Assembly (NCBI GenBank): GCA_964445485.1
Contig: CAYUPS010000009.1
Span: 11,579-43,489, forward strand
From: an uncultured Methanosarcinales archaeon
GTDB taxonomy: Archaea > Nanobdellota > Nanobdellia > Woesearchaeales > ARS49
Reading direction: 5' to 3'
Length of the DNA stretch: 31,911 nt
In this document: positions 1 through 7,885 of the stretch, in pieces
Layout of the letters: the number at the start of each line of letters is the position of its first letter
Position numbering within the stretch: position 1 is the first letter of the stretch
Position numbers and translations under genes: made by a program
The notes under the pieces: generated by a model
Seen by the model: the letters and a program-made list of their open reading frames with translations, nothing else
The model's database searches: none
Told to the model about the DNA's origin: nothing

Positions 1-76
1 CATTAATCAATAGGTGATGCAGGCAGCCCCCATCAGTTGCATCGGTGGGGGCCGCCTTTTGCGCAGGAGGATACAC

Positions 77-379
77 ATGCTCACGCCGCTCAAAGCGCAA
101 CCGACCATGCCAGGGAGGGGGATGACATTCATCGTCTTCTACTTTCCCTACGAGTACTTGCAGGAGCACTTCGGCACTTCCGCATGCCGGCTGCGTATCG
201 ACGGGAAGGATGCGCGCGGCTGGCACCTCCTGCATGATCTGCGCGAGGAATGCCTCATCTACGAGTTCGACGGCGAACCGGACCACATCTGCATCTGGAC
301 GTCCTCTCCCGCCATCGCGCAGCGCGCATTCGAGGATTTCGCTCTCCCCGAGAGCGCAGTCGTCTGGCGGCGGTCTTAG
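77..379 (+). CDS. hypothetical protein (100 aa)
   Basis: ORF in frame with the 14..379 track entry. Start was trimmed to ATG 77 because AGGAGG lies 7 nt upstream. Amino-acid composition is protein-like, not Arg/Ala/Pro junk. Confidence 0.55.
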   Translation: MLTPLKAQPTMPGRGMTFIVFYFPYEYLQEHFGTSACRLRIDGKDARGWHLLHDLREECLIYEFDGEPDHICIWTSSPAIAQRAFEDFALPESAVVWRRS

Positions 380-399
380 CGACACGGAAGGAGCATACC

Positions 400-930
400 A
401 TGGCACGCAAGCAATCAGACCCTCCGCCGCCGCGGGCGCCTTCCAAGAAGACGCCGAGGGAGAAGTTCAACGCCCTCTCTCGGGCGGAGAAGGATGCGCT
501 TCTCGAAGAGGCGCGACGGAAAGGGTTCTACGCAACAATCATCAACTGTCTCGGGCATCGGCGTCCGGACTCGCAGCATGAAGAGGAACTCAAGGATCGC
601 ACATTCGCCTTCCCTAACCAGGAGGGCAAGAGTGTCAGCGTCTCGAGACCGGCGGAGACCGTCATTGTCCGCCATTGGATGTACCGCGAAGCCGGCATCA
701 TGGTACGCCTGATCGCGTTCGACTACATGATGAGCAAGAAACAGGGCATCACGGTCAGTATCAGCATGCGCTCAGAGAACAATAGGAACGAGTATGACTC
801 GGTGTTCTACGCGACAGGCATGCCTGATCGCGAGCTGCGCATCGACATGTACTGGCCTGACAAGAACGGCTGGGAGCGGTACTTCTCCGTGTTTGCTTCC
901 AACAACAGACCTCCCGCACCGCAGTACTGA
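400..930 (+). CDS. hypothetical protein (176 aa), Pro/Lys-rich N-terminus
   Basis: In frame with the 250..930 track ORF. Start trimmed to ATG 400, preceded by GGAAGGAG. The 5' extension of the track ORF is Arg-rich junk. Confidence 0.6.
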   Translation: MARKQSDPPPPRAPSKKTPREKFNALSRAEKDALLEEARRKGFYATIINCLGHRRPDSQHEEELKDRTFAFPNQEGKSVSVSRPAETVIVRHWMYREAGIMVRLIAFDYMMSKKQGITVSISMRSENNRNEYDSVFYATGMPDRELRIDMYWPDKNGWERYFSVFASNNRPPAPQY

Positions 931-960
931 CCGCAACCTCTTTTTGAAGGAGAGCCGACA

Positions 961-2238
961 ATGAATCGCAACATCATTCCCGCAGTGCTCGCCCTCGTGC
1001 TGCTCGCGCTCGCCGGCTGCGGCGGCAAACGCACCCGGACCGCCGCCCCGAAGCAGGAGAGCGTTTCGACCGAGCGCCCCGCTCCTGCCGTGACGCCGCG
1101 GAGACTGCCTGTCAAGGAGCAACCTGCTGCGCAACTGCCCAAGAAGGAACCCACGCCAACGCCTCCCGAGACAATCATCAAGACAGTGGGCGGGGTTGAG
1201 TATACCGCAGTGGTGAGGTCGAAGGGCCACGCGGCGGGCGAAGCGAAAGAGCCGCCTGCGGTCAATGTCATGGCTGACATCGCAGCCGCGAGCGGCAAGC
1301 GCTGGAGCGTTCACTACACGCGCACGGGCTCTGCCATGAAGATGAACGTGATGCAAGATGGTCACGTGATGGTCGTCAGGTGCGACGGGAATATGTGGTC
1401 TGTCAGCAAGGGGCGGTGCATGATCGTGAGCGACCAGGCAGGTATGCGCGTGACGCTCAACGGGCTGCCGACCGAGACGAAGGAGGATGCCGAGGCCGCG
1501 CAGACGATCCTCGCAGGGGCGCAGGATCTCATGAACGTCGTGTATTCCTTGCTTGATGGAAAGGATGGCGGCAGCGTGCGGGAGGAGTTCGAGACGTTCA
1601 AGGATCTCCTGCCGGCGAAAGAGATGCCAAAGACGCAGGAAGAGCCGATGCGGCCCGCAGAGGTCGTGCAGCTCGAGGAGACGCACCCGCCCGCTGAGCG
1701 CGCGGCGAACAATCCGCCGATCATCGAGGTGACAGAACCTGAAGAGACCGTGATGCCCCTGGAGGAAACGCGAGAGACAGCCGTCATCGAGACAGCGCCT
1801 GCGGCGGAACCGATGCGGGAAGAAGAAGCTCCTGCGGCAGTCAGTGATGTGCAGCCGCCAAAAGAAGTCTCTTCTCCCGCTGAACCCGCGCCGACTCCCT
1901 CGGTGCAAGAGACGAAGCAGGCGGATATGGCTCCCGCGGCAGAGACGACCGCTGCGAGCCAGCCCAGCACTCCCTCGGGGAGTGAGCAGGCGGTGCCTGC
2001 GGAAGAGGATGGGCGCTCGCCCTGGTCAGTGGCGCTCATCCTGCTCGGGATCGCAGGGGTGATGTGGGTCGGATACATCGCGTATCGCAGATGGCCCTAC
2101 CTGCAAGAGCACCTCGCTCCCGCGCGAGGCACGCAGATGGAGCAGCACGTCAAGCACATCAATGAGAAGATGCGGGAGCAGAAGAAGGCCATCGTCCTTC
2201 CGGCGCAGCAGGACAGCACGGGACACCCTGCTGATTAG
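961..2238 (+). CDS. putative lipoprotein with a Pro/Glu/Thr-rich low-complexity spacer and a C-terminal transmembrane helix
   Basis: GAAGGAGAG RBS before ATG 961. Signal peptide plus lipobox LALAGC/GG. Globular segment at aa 60-200, then a long E/P/T/A-rich region, then hydrophobic WSVALILLGIAGVMWVGYIAY followed by a basic tail. Confidence 0.75.
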   Translation: MNRNIIPAVLALVLLALAGCGGKRTRTAAPKQESVSTERPAPAVTPRRLPVKEQPAAQLPKKEPTPTPPETIIKTVGGVEYTAVVRSKGHAAGEAKEPPAVNVMADIAAASGKRWSVHYTRTGSAMKMNVMQDGHVMVVRCDGNMWSVSKGRCMIVSDQAGMRVTLNGLPTETKEDAEAAQTILAGAQDLMNVVYSLLDGKDGGSVREEFETFKDLLPAKEMPKTQEEPMRPAEVVQLEETHPPAERAANNPPIIEVTEPEETVMPLEETRETAVIETAPAAEPMREEEAPAAVSDVQPPKEVSSPAEPAPTPSVQETKQADMAPAAETTAASQPSTPSGSEQAVPAEEDGRSPWSVALILLGIAGVMWVGYIAYRRWPYLQEHLAPARGTQMEQHVKHINEKMREQKKAIVLPAQQDSTGHPAD

Positions 2239-2332
2239 ATGCGATAGTGGCGGTTGTGGGAGCGCATGCCGCTGCAGGACGCAGCCGCGCGCCCTCCCGC
2301 AATCGTTACTGCTTTTTGATCGAGGAGAGCGC

Positions 2333-2497
2333 ATGAAGAAACAGCTCAAGGATCTCATCACGCATGCCTGCCGCAAAGAGGGCAGCGTAGAGCGGCAGCA
2401 GCCACCGACCAACAACCCCCCGCCGAAATCTCGCGAGACCAAGAACGGGGAGGGGAAGAAGCACACCATCATCATAAGCCCGGAGACCTGGTGGTAG
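2333..2497 (+). CDS. small basic hypothetical protein (54 aa)
   Basis: ATG 2333 preceded by GAGGAGAG. Lys/Pro-rich hydrophilic peptide. Short, so uncertain. Confidence 0.35.
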   Translation: MKKQLKDLITHACRKEGSVERQQPPTNNPPPKSRETKNGEGKKHTIIISPETWW

Positions 2498-2528
2498 GAA
2501 CGCCACCGCCGGAGAAAGCGAGGCGGTC

Positions 2529-3008
2529 ATGCCGCATGACTCCTTCTTCAGGCGTGCGGCAGCGCTGGCGCGGCGCGCGTACTGGATACTCGCGGCCCTC
2601 ACCTGGCTGCTGTTCTTCTTCCACGCCTGCCGCAGCTGGTACCAAGTATGGACGTGGCCCGAACACATCCCGTACGGCTGGCTCCTGCATATCAGCAGCG
2701 GGATGTATTTCTCGCTCTGCATCGCCATCGCCATAGTGTCGGGAATGATGATGCGTGCGAGAAAGCATCAGAAACGAGAGCCCCTGCCGGCGCGGCGCAT
2801 CGACGTCCTGCCGGTCGCGCTCATCTCGGCGATCTTCTGCGCGCAGATGATGATGAGCAGCCTCTTCAACCTGCTGCACGGTCCAGCCACCGCCGAAACG
2901 TTCTACACGCACATGCTATCCCCCATGTACCTCTGGATCACAGGCTTCTTCGGCCTTGTCGGAGCGCTCGTGCTCACGGCTTCGCTGAAAATCATGCTCG
3001 AAGACTAA
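2529..3008 (+). CDS. integral membrane protein (about 4 TM), hypothetical
   Basis: ORF with several hydrophobic helices (ILAALTWLLFFF, FSLCIAIAIVSGMMM, VLPVALISAIFCAQMMM, LWITGFFGLVGALVLTA). Weak RBS AAAGCGAGG. Confidence 0.6.
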   Translation: MPHDSFFRRAAALARRAYWILAALTWLLFFFHACRSWYQVWTWPEHIPYGWLLHISSGMYFSLCIAIAIVSGMMMRARKHQKREPLPARRIDVLPVALISAIFCAQMMMSSLFNLLHGPATAETFYTHMLSPMYLWITGFFGLVGALVLTASLKIMLED

Positions 3009-3033
3009 GCAATACTCAAGGAGACCCTCCCGC

Positions 3034-3459
3034 ATGTTCCTGACCAACACTGAGAAGCTCACCGTCATCCTCTACACGCTCGGCGCTCCGCTGCGCATCA
3101 GGCAGAACGCGACCTTCACGGATATCATCGATGATGCCGCCCAGCGCTGGCCCGATTTCCTCGGCTGGTTCTGCCGCCCCATCGGCTCGCGCAACACGCC
3201 CCGGCTCGACAAGGCGGTGCATGAGCTGGTCATGGACGGTCTCGCCGAGTACGGAGAGGATGGCACGTTCATCGCGACCAGCCTGCTCTTCAAGAAGGAC
3301 GGCAAAGAAGTGTTCCAGACGCTGACGAAGAAGGAGCGGCACCGGGTAGTCGCCATAGGCCAGCGATTGCGCGCCGCGTTCAGCAAGGCACGGAGGAAAC
3401 GCAGGAGCATAAAAGAAGCGTGCGTCGGCAGGCCCCAGCGCAAGAGAGCCGGCGCGTAG
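3034..3459 (+). CDS. hypothetical cytoplasmic protein (141 aa) with a basic C-terminus
   Basis: AAGGAGA RBS before ATG 3034. Plausible composition. Confidence 0.6.
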   Translation: MFLTNTEKLTVILYTLGAPLRIRQNATFTDIIDDAAQRWPDFLGWFCRPIGSRNTPRLDKAVHELVMDGLAEYGEDGTFIATSLLFKKDGKEVFQTLTKKERHRVVAIGQRLRAAFSKARRKRRSIKEACVGRPQRKRAGA

Positions 3460-3481
3460 GACCTTCAGAAGGAGGAGATCC

Positions 3482-3817
3482 ATGCTTGTCCTGCTCGAAG
3501 TCGCTGCATGCGCAGGGGCCGCGACAGCAGTCATCGTCATCGCCCAGCGCCTCTGGAGCAAGAAACTGGCCGACCTGCCCACCATCGAAGGGACAGTGAA
3601 GCATATCATGCCGGCGGGCAGCCAGCAATACCTATTCGTCAAGGATGACGCGGACAATGCAGTCATCCTCCGCACGGACGCCGAGCACGAATTCAGCGAG
3701 GGCGACCGCATCAAAGCGCAGGTGCGCGAGCGGGACGGCGACGTCCGCCCTATCGTCTCCTTTGAGCGCACACGCCCGGCGCAGAACCCCCCCGCAGGAG
3801 GGCTGAGCAACGACTGA
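3482..3817 (+). CDS. membrane-anchored small protein; the C-terminal beta-rich domain may be an NfeD-like OB-fold (tentative)
   Basis: GAAGGAGGAG RBS. N-terminal TM (LVLLEVAACAGAATAVIVIA), then a segment of about 70 aa with alternating hydrophobic pattern. Confidence 0.6.
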   Translation: MLVLLEVAACAGAATAVIVIAQRLWSKKLADLPTIEGTVKHIMPAGSQQYLFVKDDADNAVILRTDAEHEFSEGDRIKAQVRERDGDVRPIVSFERTRPAQNPPAGGLSND

Positions 3818-3833
3818 ACACGAAAGGGAGACG

Positions 3834-4091
3834 ATGATGTCCTTGACGCTCGCGCTCATCCTCACGCCCGTGCTCCTCGCCTGCATCTACGGGGCGACAC
3901 GGGCAGGGGAGACAGCATGGTTCGCGGCGCTCTTCGGCACGCTGGTGCTCCTGATACCCGCCGCGTCTGTGTGCGGCTGCGTCGGGATCCATCACCCCGC
4001 GTGCGTCGTGTGCGTCTCAGCCATGCTGTCTCTCACCGCATGCCTCATCGGAGCCAAACGCGCGAAGACCGAGGCACGCAAGACCAAGTAG
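3834..4091 (+). CDS. small Cys-rich membrane protein (85 aa)
   Basis: GAAAGGGAGA RBS. Two hydrophobic helices. Cys cluster CGCVGIHHPACVVCV. Confidence 0.55.
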   Translation: MMSLTLALILTPVLLACIYGATRAGETAWFAALFGTLVLLIPAASVCGCVGIHHPACVVCVSAMLSLTACLIGAKRAKTEARKTK

Positions 4092-4147
4092 CACCCTGCG
4101 CCTCCGTGCGGAGACGCGGACAACCCGCTCAACAAGGAGAAGCAACC

Positions 4148-4876
4148 ATGCACCGCATGCTCATCGCGCTCACCCTCGTTACGGCCGCCGTGGCGTTCGC
4201 CGAAGAGAAGAAACCGGAACTCGCGCTCGTGTGCGCCTACGACCACGCCGAAACTGTCACGCCGCGCACCCCCGCCGTGCTCGAGAAGCTCAAGAACGGC
4301 AAGACCGTCGCGCTGTACACCGAGAACCAGCTCACCATGCTGCGCCTGGACGAGAAGGGCATCCTCCGCTCGCTCACCGCTGCATCGACGGACACCGAAG
4401 GCGTGACTCTGTTCGCCATGTACATCGGCAAGATGGGGGAGACTGCCGCGGACGACCGCCAGTACATCTTCGCCATGGGCGCCATGGTCTACGACCCCGC
4501 CAAAGACATGACAGGGCTCCACTTCCAGCAAGACCGAGCAGGCACGCACTCGCTCGCATCCCCTCCCGAAGGCTATAGCGCGGAACAGCTGGCGACCGCC
4601 TACACCGGCATCTTCCGCCAGCTCTTCGAAAGCATGCAGGTCAACGACGTGTGGAACGCCCTCCAGCTATCGATGGACAACGCCAAAGCGAAAGGAGACG
4701 CGCTCCGGAAGAAGCAAGAGCAGGAAGCGAAGGAATCCACCGAAGGCGCGCTCGAAGCGCTCAAGAGCGGCAAGGAGTTCATAGACGCGGAGCAGAAGCG
4801 CATCGAGGAGGAAGGCAAGCTCCTCGAGAAGATCTTCGAGGACATGTTCAAGGATCAGCCCGGCGAGGAAAACTAA
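4148..4876 (+). CDS. secreted protein with one copy of a novel 'C-x-YD ... GKTV-x-LYTEN' domain and a C-terminal coiled-coil-like E/K-rich region
   Basis: AAGGAGAAG RBS before ATG 4148 (start trimmed from track ORF 3917). Signal peptide MHRMLIALTLVTAAVAFA. Motif LVCAYDHAETVTP...NGKTVALYTENQLTMLRL is shared with the 11917..13188 product. Confidence 0.7.
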   Translation: MHRMLIALTLVTAAVAFAEEKKPELALVCAYDHAETVTPRTPAVLEKLKNGKTVALYTENQLTMLRLDEKGILRSLTAASTDTEGVTLFAMYIGKMGETAADDRQYIFAMGAMVYDPAKDMTGLHFQQDRAGTHSLASPPEGYSAEQLATAYTGIFRQLFESMQVNDVWNALQLSMDNAKAKGDALRKKQEQEAKESTEGALEALKSGKEFIDAEQKRIEEEGKLLEKIFEDMFKDQPGEEN

Positions 4877-4909
4877 CGCAGCACTGTGCTCTGCCGACGT
4901 AAACCCCTC

Positions 4910-4947
4910 AAGCGCGCCTCGTGCAGTCACGGCGAGGCGCGCTTTTT
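4910..4947 (+). terminator. rho-independent terminator
   Basis: Perfect 12-bp stem AAGCGCGCCTCG / CGAGGCGCGCTT, 11-nt loop, followed by TTTTT. Confidence 0.8.
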
Positions 4948-4965
4948 CCCAAGGAGACGTGCACC

Positions 4966-6462
4966 ATGAAAAAGGTAACCGGACGGCCCGACGAGAGGCT
5001 CGTCAACAAGATCAAACAGCAGTGGTATCAGTGGCCCGCCGCCCACTTCATCGGCAACGAGTGGGTGTCACCTTCAAACTTCATTAAGCTCATCCCCATC
5101 ATCAATCCAGCAACCGAAGAAAAAATCACCACGACCGTAGGCGGCCTGAAGGACGACATCGACCGCGCCGTCAGCGCTGCACGACATGCCTTCGAGCATG
5201 GCCAGTACCACGGCTGGAGCGGCAGGGACCGCGGCAACTTCCTCCGCAAACTCGCCGACCTGGTCGAAGAGCGCAGCGAAGAGCTCGCCATCCTCGAGTG
5301 CCTCAACAACGGCAAGCCCATCAACGAGCTGCGCGCCGTCGACCTGCCCATGACCATCAGCGTGCTCCGCTACTACGCAGGCATCGCCGAGAACATCCGC
5401 GGCGAGACCATCGACGTCCCCGGCCACCATGTGTACACGCGGCGCGAACCCATGGGCGTCGTCGGCAGCATCACCGCCTGGAACTTCCCGCTCCTGCTGC
5501 TCAGCTGGAAGTTCGGGCCCGCCATCGCCTGCGGCAACACCATGGTCCACAAGCCGCCCGAGCAGGCGCCCATGACGTCACTGCGCTTCGCAGAGCTGTG
5601 CCGTGAAGCAGGCCTGCCCGACGGCGTCTTCAATGTTGTCACCGGCGACCACGTTGCAGGATCGGCGCTCACGCACCACACGGGCGTCGACAAGGTCGGC
5701 TTCACCGGCCACTACAGCACCGGCCAGCTCGTCATGGAAGCCGCCGCCAAGAGCAATCTCAAGCGCGTCAGCCTGGAACTCGGCGGCAAGTCGCCGAACA
5801 TCATCCTCGACGATGCCGACATCGACGAAGCAGTGCAGGGCACCATCACCGGCATCTTCTTCAACCAGGGCCAGGTGTGCTGCGCCGGCTCGCGCCTGTT
5901 CCTGCCTAAGAAGATGAAGCAGAAATTCCTCACCAAACTCGCCAGCGCCGCCAACGCGCGCATCGTCGGCAACCCGCTCGACACCAACACCGAGCAAGGG
6001 GCGCAGATCAACCAAGAGCAGTTCGAGAAGATCCTCGGCTACATCGAGGCAGGCAAGAAGGAAGGCGCCAAGGCGCTCACCGGCGGCGAGCGCGCAGGGA
6101 ACCGCGGCTACTTCATCAAGCCCACCGTCTTCACCAACGTCGACGACAGCATGACCATCGCCCGCGAAGAGATCTTCGGACCGGTCGTCTGCGCCATGCC
6201 CTACGAGACGCTCGACGAAGTCGCCGCCCGCGCCAACGACACGCAGTACGGCCTCGGCGCAGCCATCTTCACCAAGGACATCCGCAAAGCCCACACCCTC
6301 GCCGCGAAGATCAAGGCGGGAACCGTGTGGATCAACTGCTACAACGCCTTCGACGCAACCGTCCCCTTCGGCGGGTACAAGATGAGCGGCTTTGGGCGAG
6401 AACTCGGCCGCAGCGCCATCGAACTGTACACGCAGGAGAAAGCAGTCTGGGTCAAGCTGTAA
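4966..6462 (+). CDS. NAD(P)-dependent aldehyde dehydrogenase family protein (498 aa)
   Basis: AAGGAGA RBS before ATG 4966. ALDH motifs ELGGKSP (catalytic Glu) and FFNQGQVCCAGSR (catalytic Cys), plus GSTxVG-like NAD-binding region. Full ALDH length. Confidence 0.9.
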   Translation: MKKVTGRPDERLVNKIKQQWYQWPAAHFIGNEWVSPSNFIKLIPIINPATEEKITTTVGGLKDDIDRAVSAARHAFEHGQYHGWSGRDRGNFLRKLADLVEERSEELAILECLNNGKPINELRAVDLPMTISVLRYYAGIAENIRGETIDVPGHHVYTRREPMGVVGSITAWNFPLLLLSWKFGPAIACGNTMVHKPPEQAPMTSLRFAELCREAGLPDGVFNVVTGDHVAGSALTHHTGVDKVGFTGHYSTGQLVMEAAAKSNLKRVSLELGGKSPNIILDDADIDEAVQGTITGIFFNQGQVCCAGSRLFLPKKMKQKFLTKLASAANARIVGNPLDTNTEQGAQINQEQFEKILGYIEAGKKEGAKALTGGERAGNRGYFIKPTVFTNVDDSMTIAREEIFGPVVCAMPYETLDEVAARANDTQYGLGAAIFTKDIRKAHTLAAKIKAGTVWINCYNAFDATVPFGGYKMSGFGRELGRSAIELYTQEKAVWVKL

Positions 6463-6547
6463 ACCACTGAACGACGCCGCCCGCGCCAGCCCAAGAAGCG
6501 GCGGGCGGCACTATCAGTACTGACCGCACCCTAGAAAGGAGCATACA

Positions 6548-6883
6548 GTGCTCACATCCCTCCTGCTTCACGCGTTTGCCAGCCTGCTGGGAATCGCCAT
6601 CATGATCTTCGGGTTCTTCGTCATCATCGGCATCATCGGACTGCCCTCCTCGAACCGCAACCGCAGGCGCACCATCCAGACACTCGCGTGCTCCCTGATA
6701 ATCATCCAGGGGACCATCATCCTCGACATGGGCCTCCTCGGCCTGTTCGAGACGTTACGTCTGCCGCTCACTGCACTCGTCGCAGTGCTCCTGGCAGTTC
6801 TGTTCCTGGTGCTGCACGGCAGGTGGCTGATCAGCTCCAGAAACGCATACGACAGCCGCCTGCATTCCGACCGAAAGGACTGA
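6548..6883 (+). CDS. small integral membrane protein (about 3 TM), GTG start
   Basis: GTG 6548 preceded by TAGAAAGGAG. Hydrophobic helices throughout. Confidence 0.6.
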   Translation: MLTSLLLHAFASLLGIAIMIFGFFVIIGIIGLPSSNRNRRRTIQTLACSLIIIQGTIILDMGLLGLFETLRLPLTALVAVLLAVLFLVLHGRWLISSRNAYDSRLHSDRKD

Positions 6884-6887
6884 CCTT

Positions 6888-7160
6888 ATGGCGCAGCACA
6901 TCATCACAGTCCCCTGCAAGGGACGCGACGCCGCAGGACAAGAAGTCTTAGCAGAACCGGTTCTCGCGGAGGTCAGCGTGTCTCACCGCACAGGCAGCAG
7001 CATCATCTCCCTCGATGTGCGCTGCCCCCACAACACCGGCAGCCACGGCCAGCGCTGCAAGGCCTCGCATCCGGGCAAGGACAAAGTGGGCGACGGCGTC
7101 GCGTGCTGCTACGCCTGCGACCTGCCCTACGCGCTGGAAAATAAATCCTCCAAGAGGTAA
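6888..7160 (+). CDS. small Cys-rich protein (90 aa), possible metal-binding
   Basis: Seven Cys, including CPHNTGSHGQRC and CCYAC. Weak RBS. Starts 5 nt after the previous stop. Confidence 0.45.
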   Translation: MAQHIITVPCKGRDAAGQEVLAEPVLAEVSVSHRTGSSIISLDVRCPHNTGSHGQRCKASHPGKDKVGDGVACCYACDLPYALENKSSKR

Positions 7161-7231
7161 GCAGGCATAAGCCGTGAACGTCCGTGTTAGCCCGAGAAGC
7201 GGAGGGCGGCAAGCACTCCGGAGAGCGACCA

Positions 7232-7477
7232 ATGGCAATCACGAAGACTGGAATCCTTTCGGGAGACGCATGCCCGGAGGAGAACGCACATCACATGTCG
7301 GCACTCGAGAAGGCGCTTGACAGGAAAATCCTGCGGGAATACCGGGGCGAAGGATGCGTAATTACCGTCCCCTTCGATGAGACTTGCAATCCTTCGACCA
7401 TCGGGCTCCTCGCACACATCTACCGACGGAACGGCTGGAGAGTCCATCTGGACACCGACTACCTCCAGATCTCTTGA
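7232..7477 (+). CDS. hypothetical small protein (81 aa)
   Basis: Start trimmed to ATG 7232, preceded by GGAGAGCG. Protein-like composition. Confidence 0.5.
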   Translation: MAITKTGILSGDACPEENAHHMSALEKALDRKILREYRGEGCVITVPFDETCNPSTIGLLAHIYRRNGWRVHLDTDYLQIS

Positions 7478-7497
7478 GAATCAGAAAGGAAGGTTTC

Positions 7498-7725
7498 ATG
7501 GATGCCGTGACGCTCCTGCTCTATGCCGGCGCTGCGCTCTCATTCAGCATGGCCCTATTTTGCATGCTGCGTGTTGCGATCGCGGCGTCTCGCGGCATGG
7601 GCGCGCTCCGCACACTCATAGCGGTGCTCGCGATCGGCGCGATCATCTTCGTCGGCGTCATCAGCTTTGAATGCGCGCACGCACGGCGCAAGACCTTGCT
7701 GTTCCAGCAGAATGGCTCTCCTTAA
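7498..7725 (+). CDS. small membrane protein (75 aa, 2 TM)
   Basis: AGAAAGGAAGG RBS before ATG 7498. Two hydrophobic helices. Confidence 0.55.
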   Translation: MDAVTLLLYAGAALSFSMALFCMLRVAIAASRGMGALRTLIAVLAIGAIIFVGVISFECAHARRKTLLFQQNGSP

Positions 7726-7761
7726 CGCAGTAAAGAGGCTCTACTCGAAAGAAGGTGACAA

Positions 7762-7878
7762 GTGAAAACTATACTGCTTATTCTGGCAGGAGCCATGCTG
7801 CTGTTCCTGGTGCTCGCAGGAATAGTGCTTCTCCTGTTCATTGTCGCTGTAGTTCAGAAAATATGGGAGCTACTCTGA
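7762..7878 (+). CDS. 38-aa hydrophobic micro-protein (single TM) just upstream of the ABC exporter (tentative)
   Basis: Not in the ORF track (too short). GTG 7762 after GAAGGTGA, with an alternative ATG at 7794. Encodes VKTILLILAGAMLLFLVLAGIVLLLFIVAVVQKIWELL. The region is locally AT-richer. Stop lies 8 nt before the ABC gene start. Confidence 0.3.
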   Translation: MKTILLILAGAMLLFLVLAGIVLLLFIVAVVQKIWELL

Positions 7879-7885
7879 GGAAAAC

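Noticed and set aside
250-930. Long 5' extensions of track ORFs (250..930, 3917..4876, 12957..13784, 13821..14588, 29879..31135 and others)
   Set aside because: The upstream extensions are Arg/Pro-rich and overlap the preceding gene. Internal ATG or GTG codons with canonical SD spacing were used instead.
772-1908. 378-aa minus-strand ORF antisense to the lipoprotein gene
   Set aside because: Extremely Arg/His/Leu-rich, a typical antisense artefact of GC-rich coding DNA. No RBS. The + strand gene has a strong SD and lipobox.
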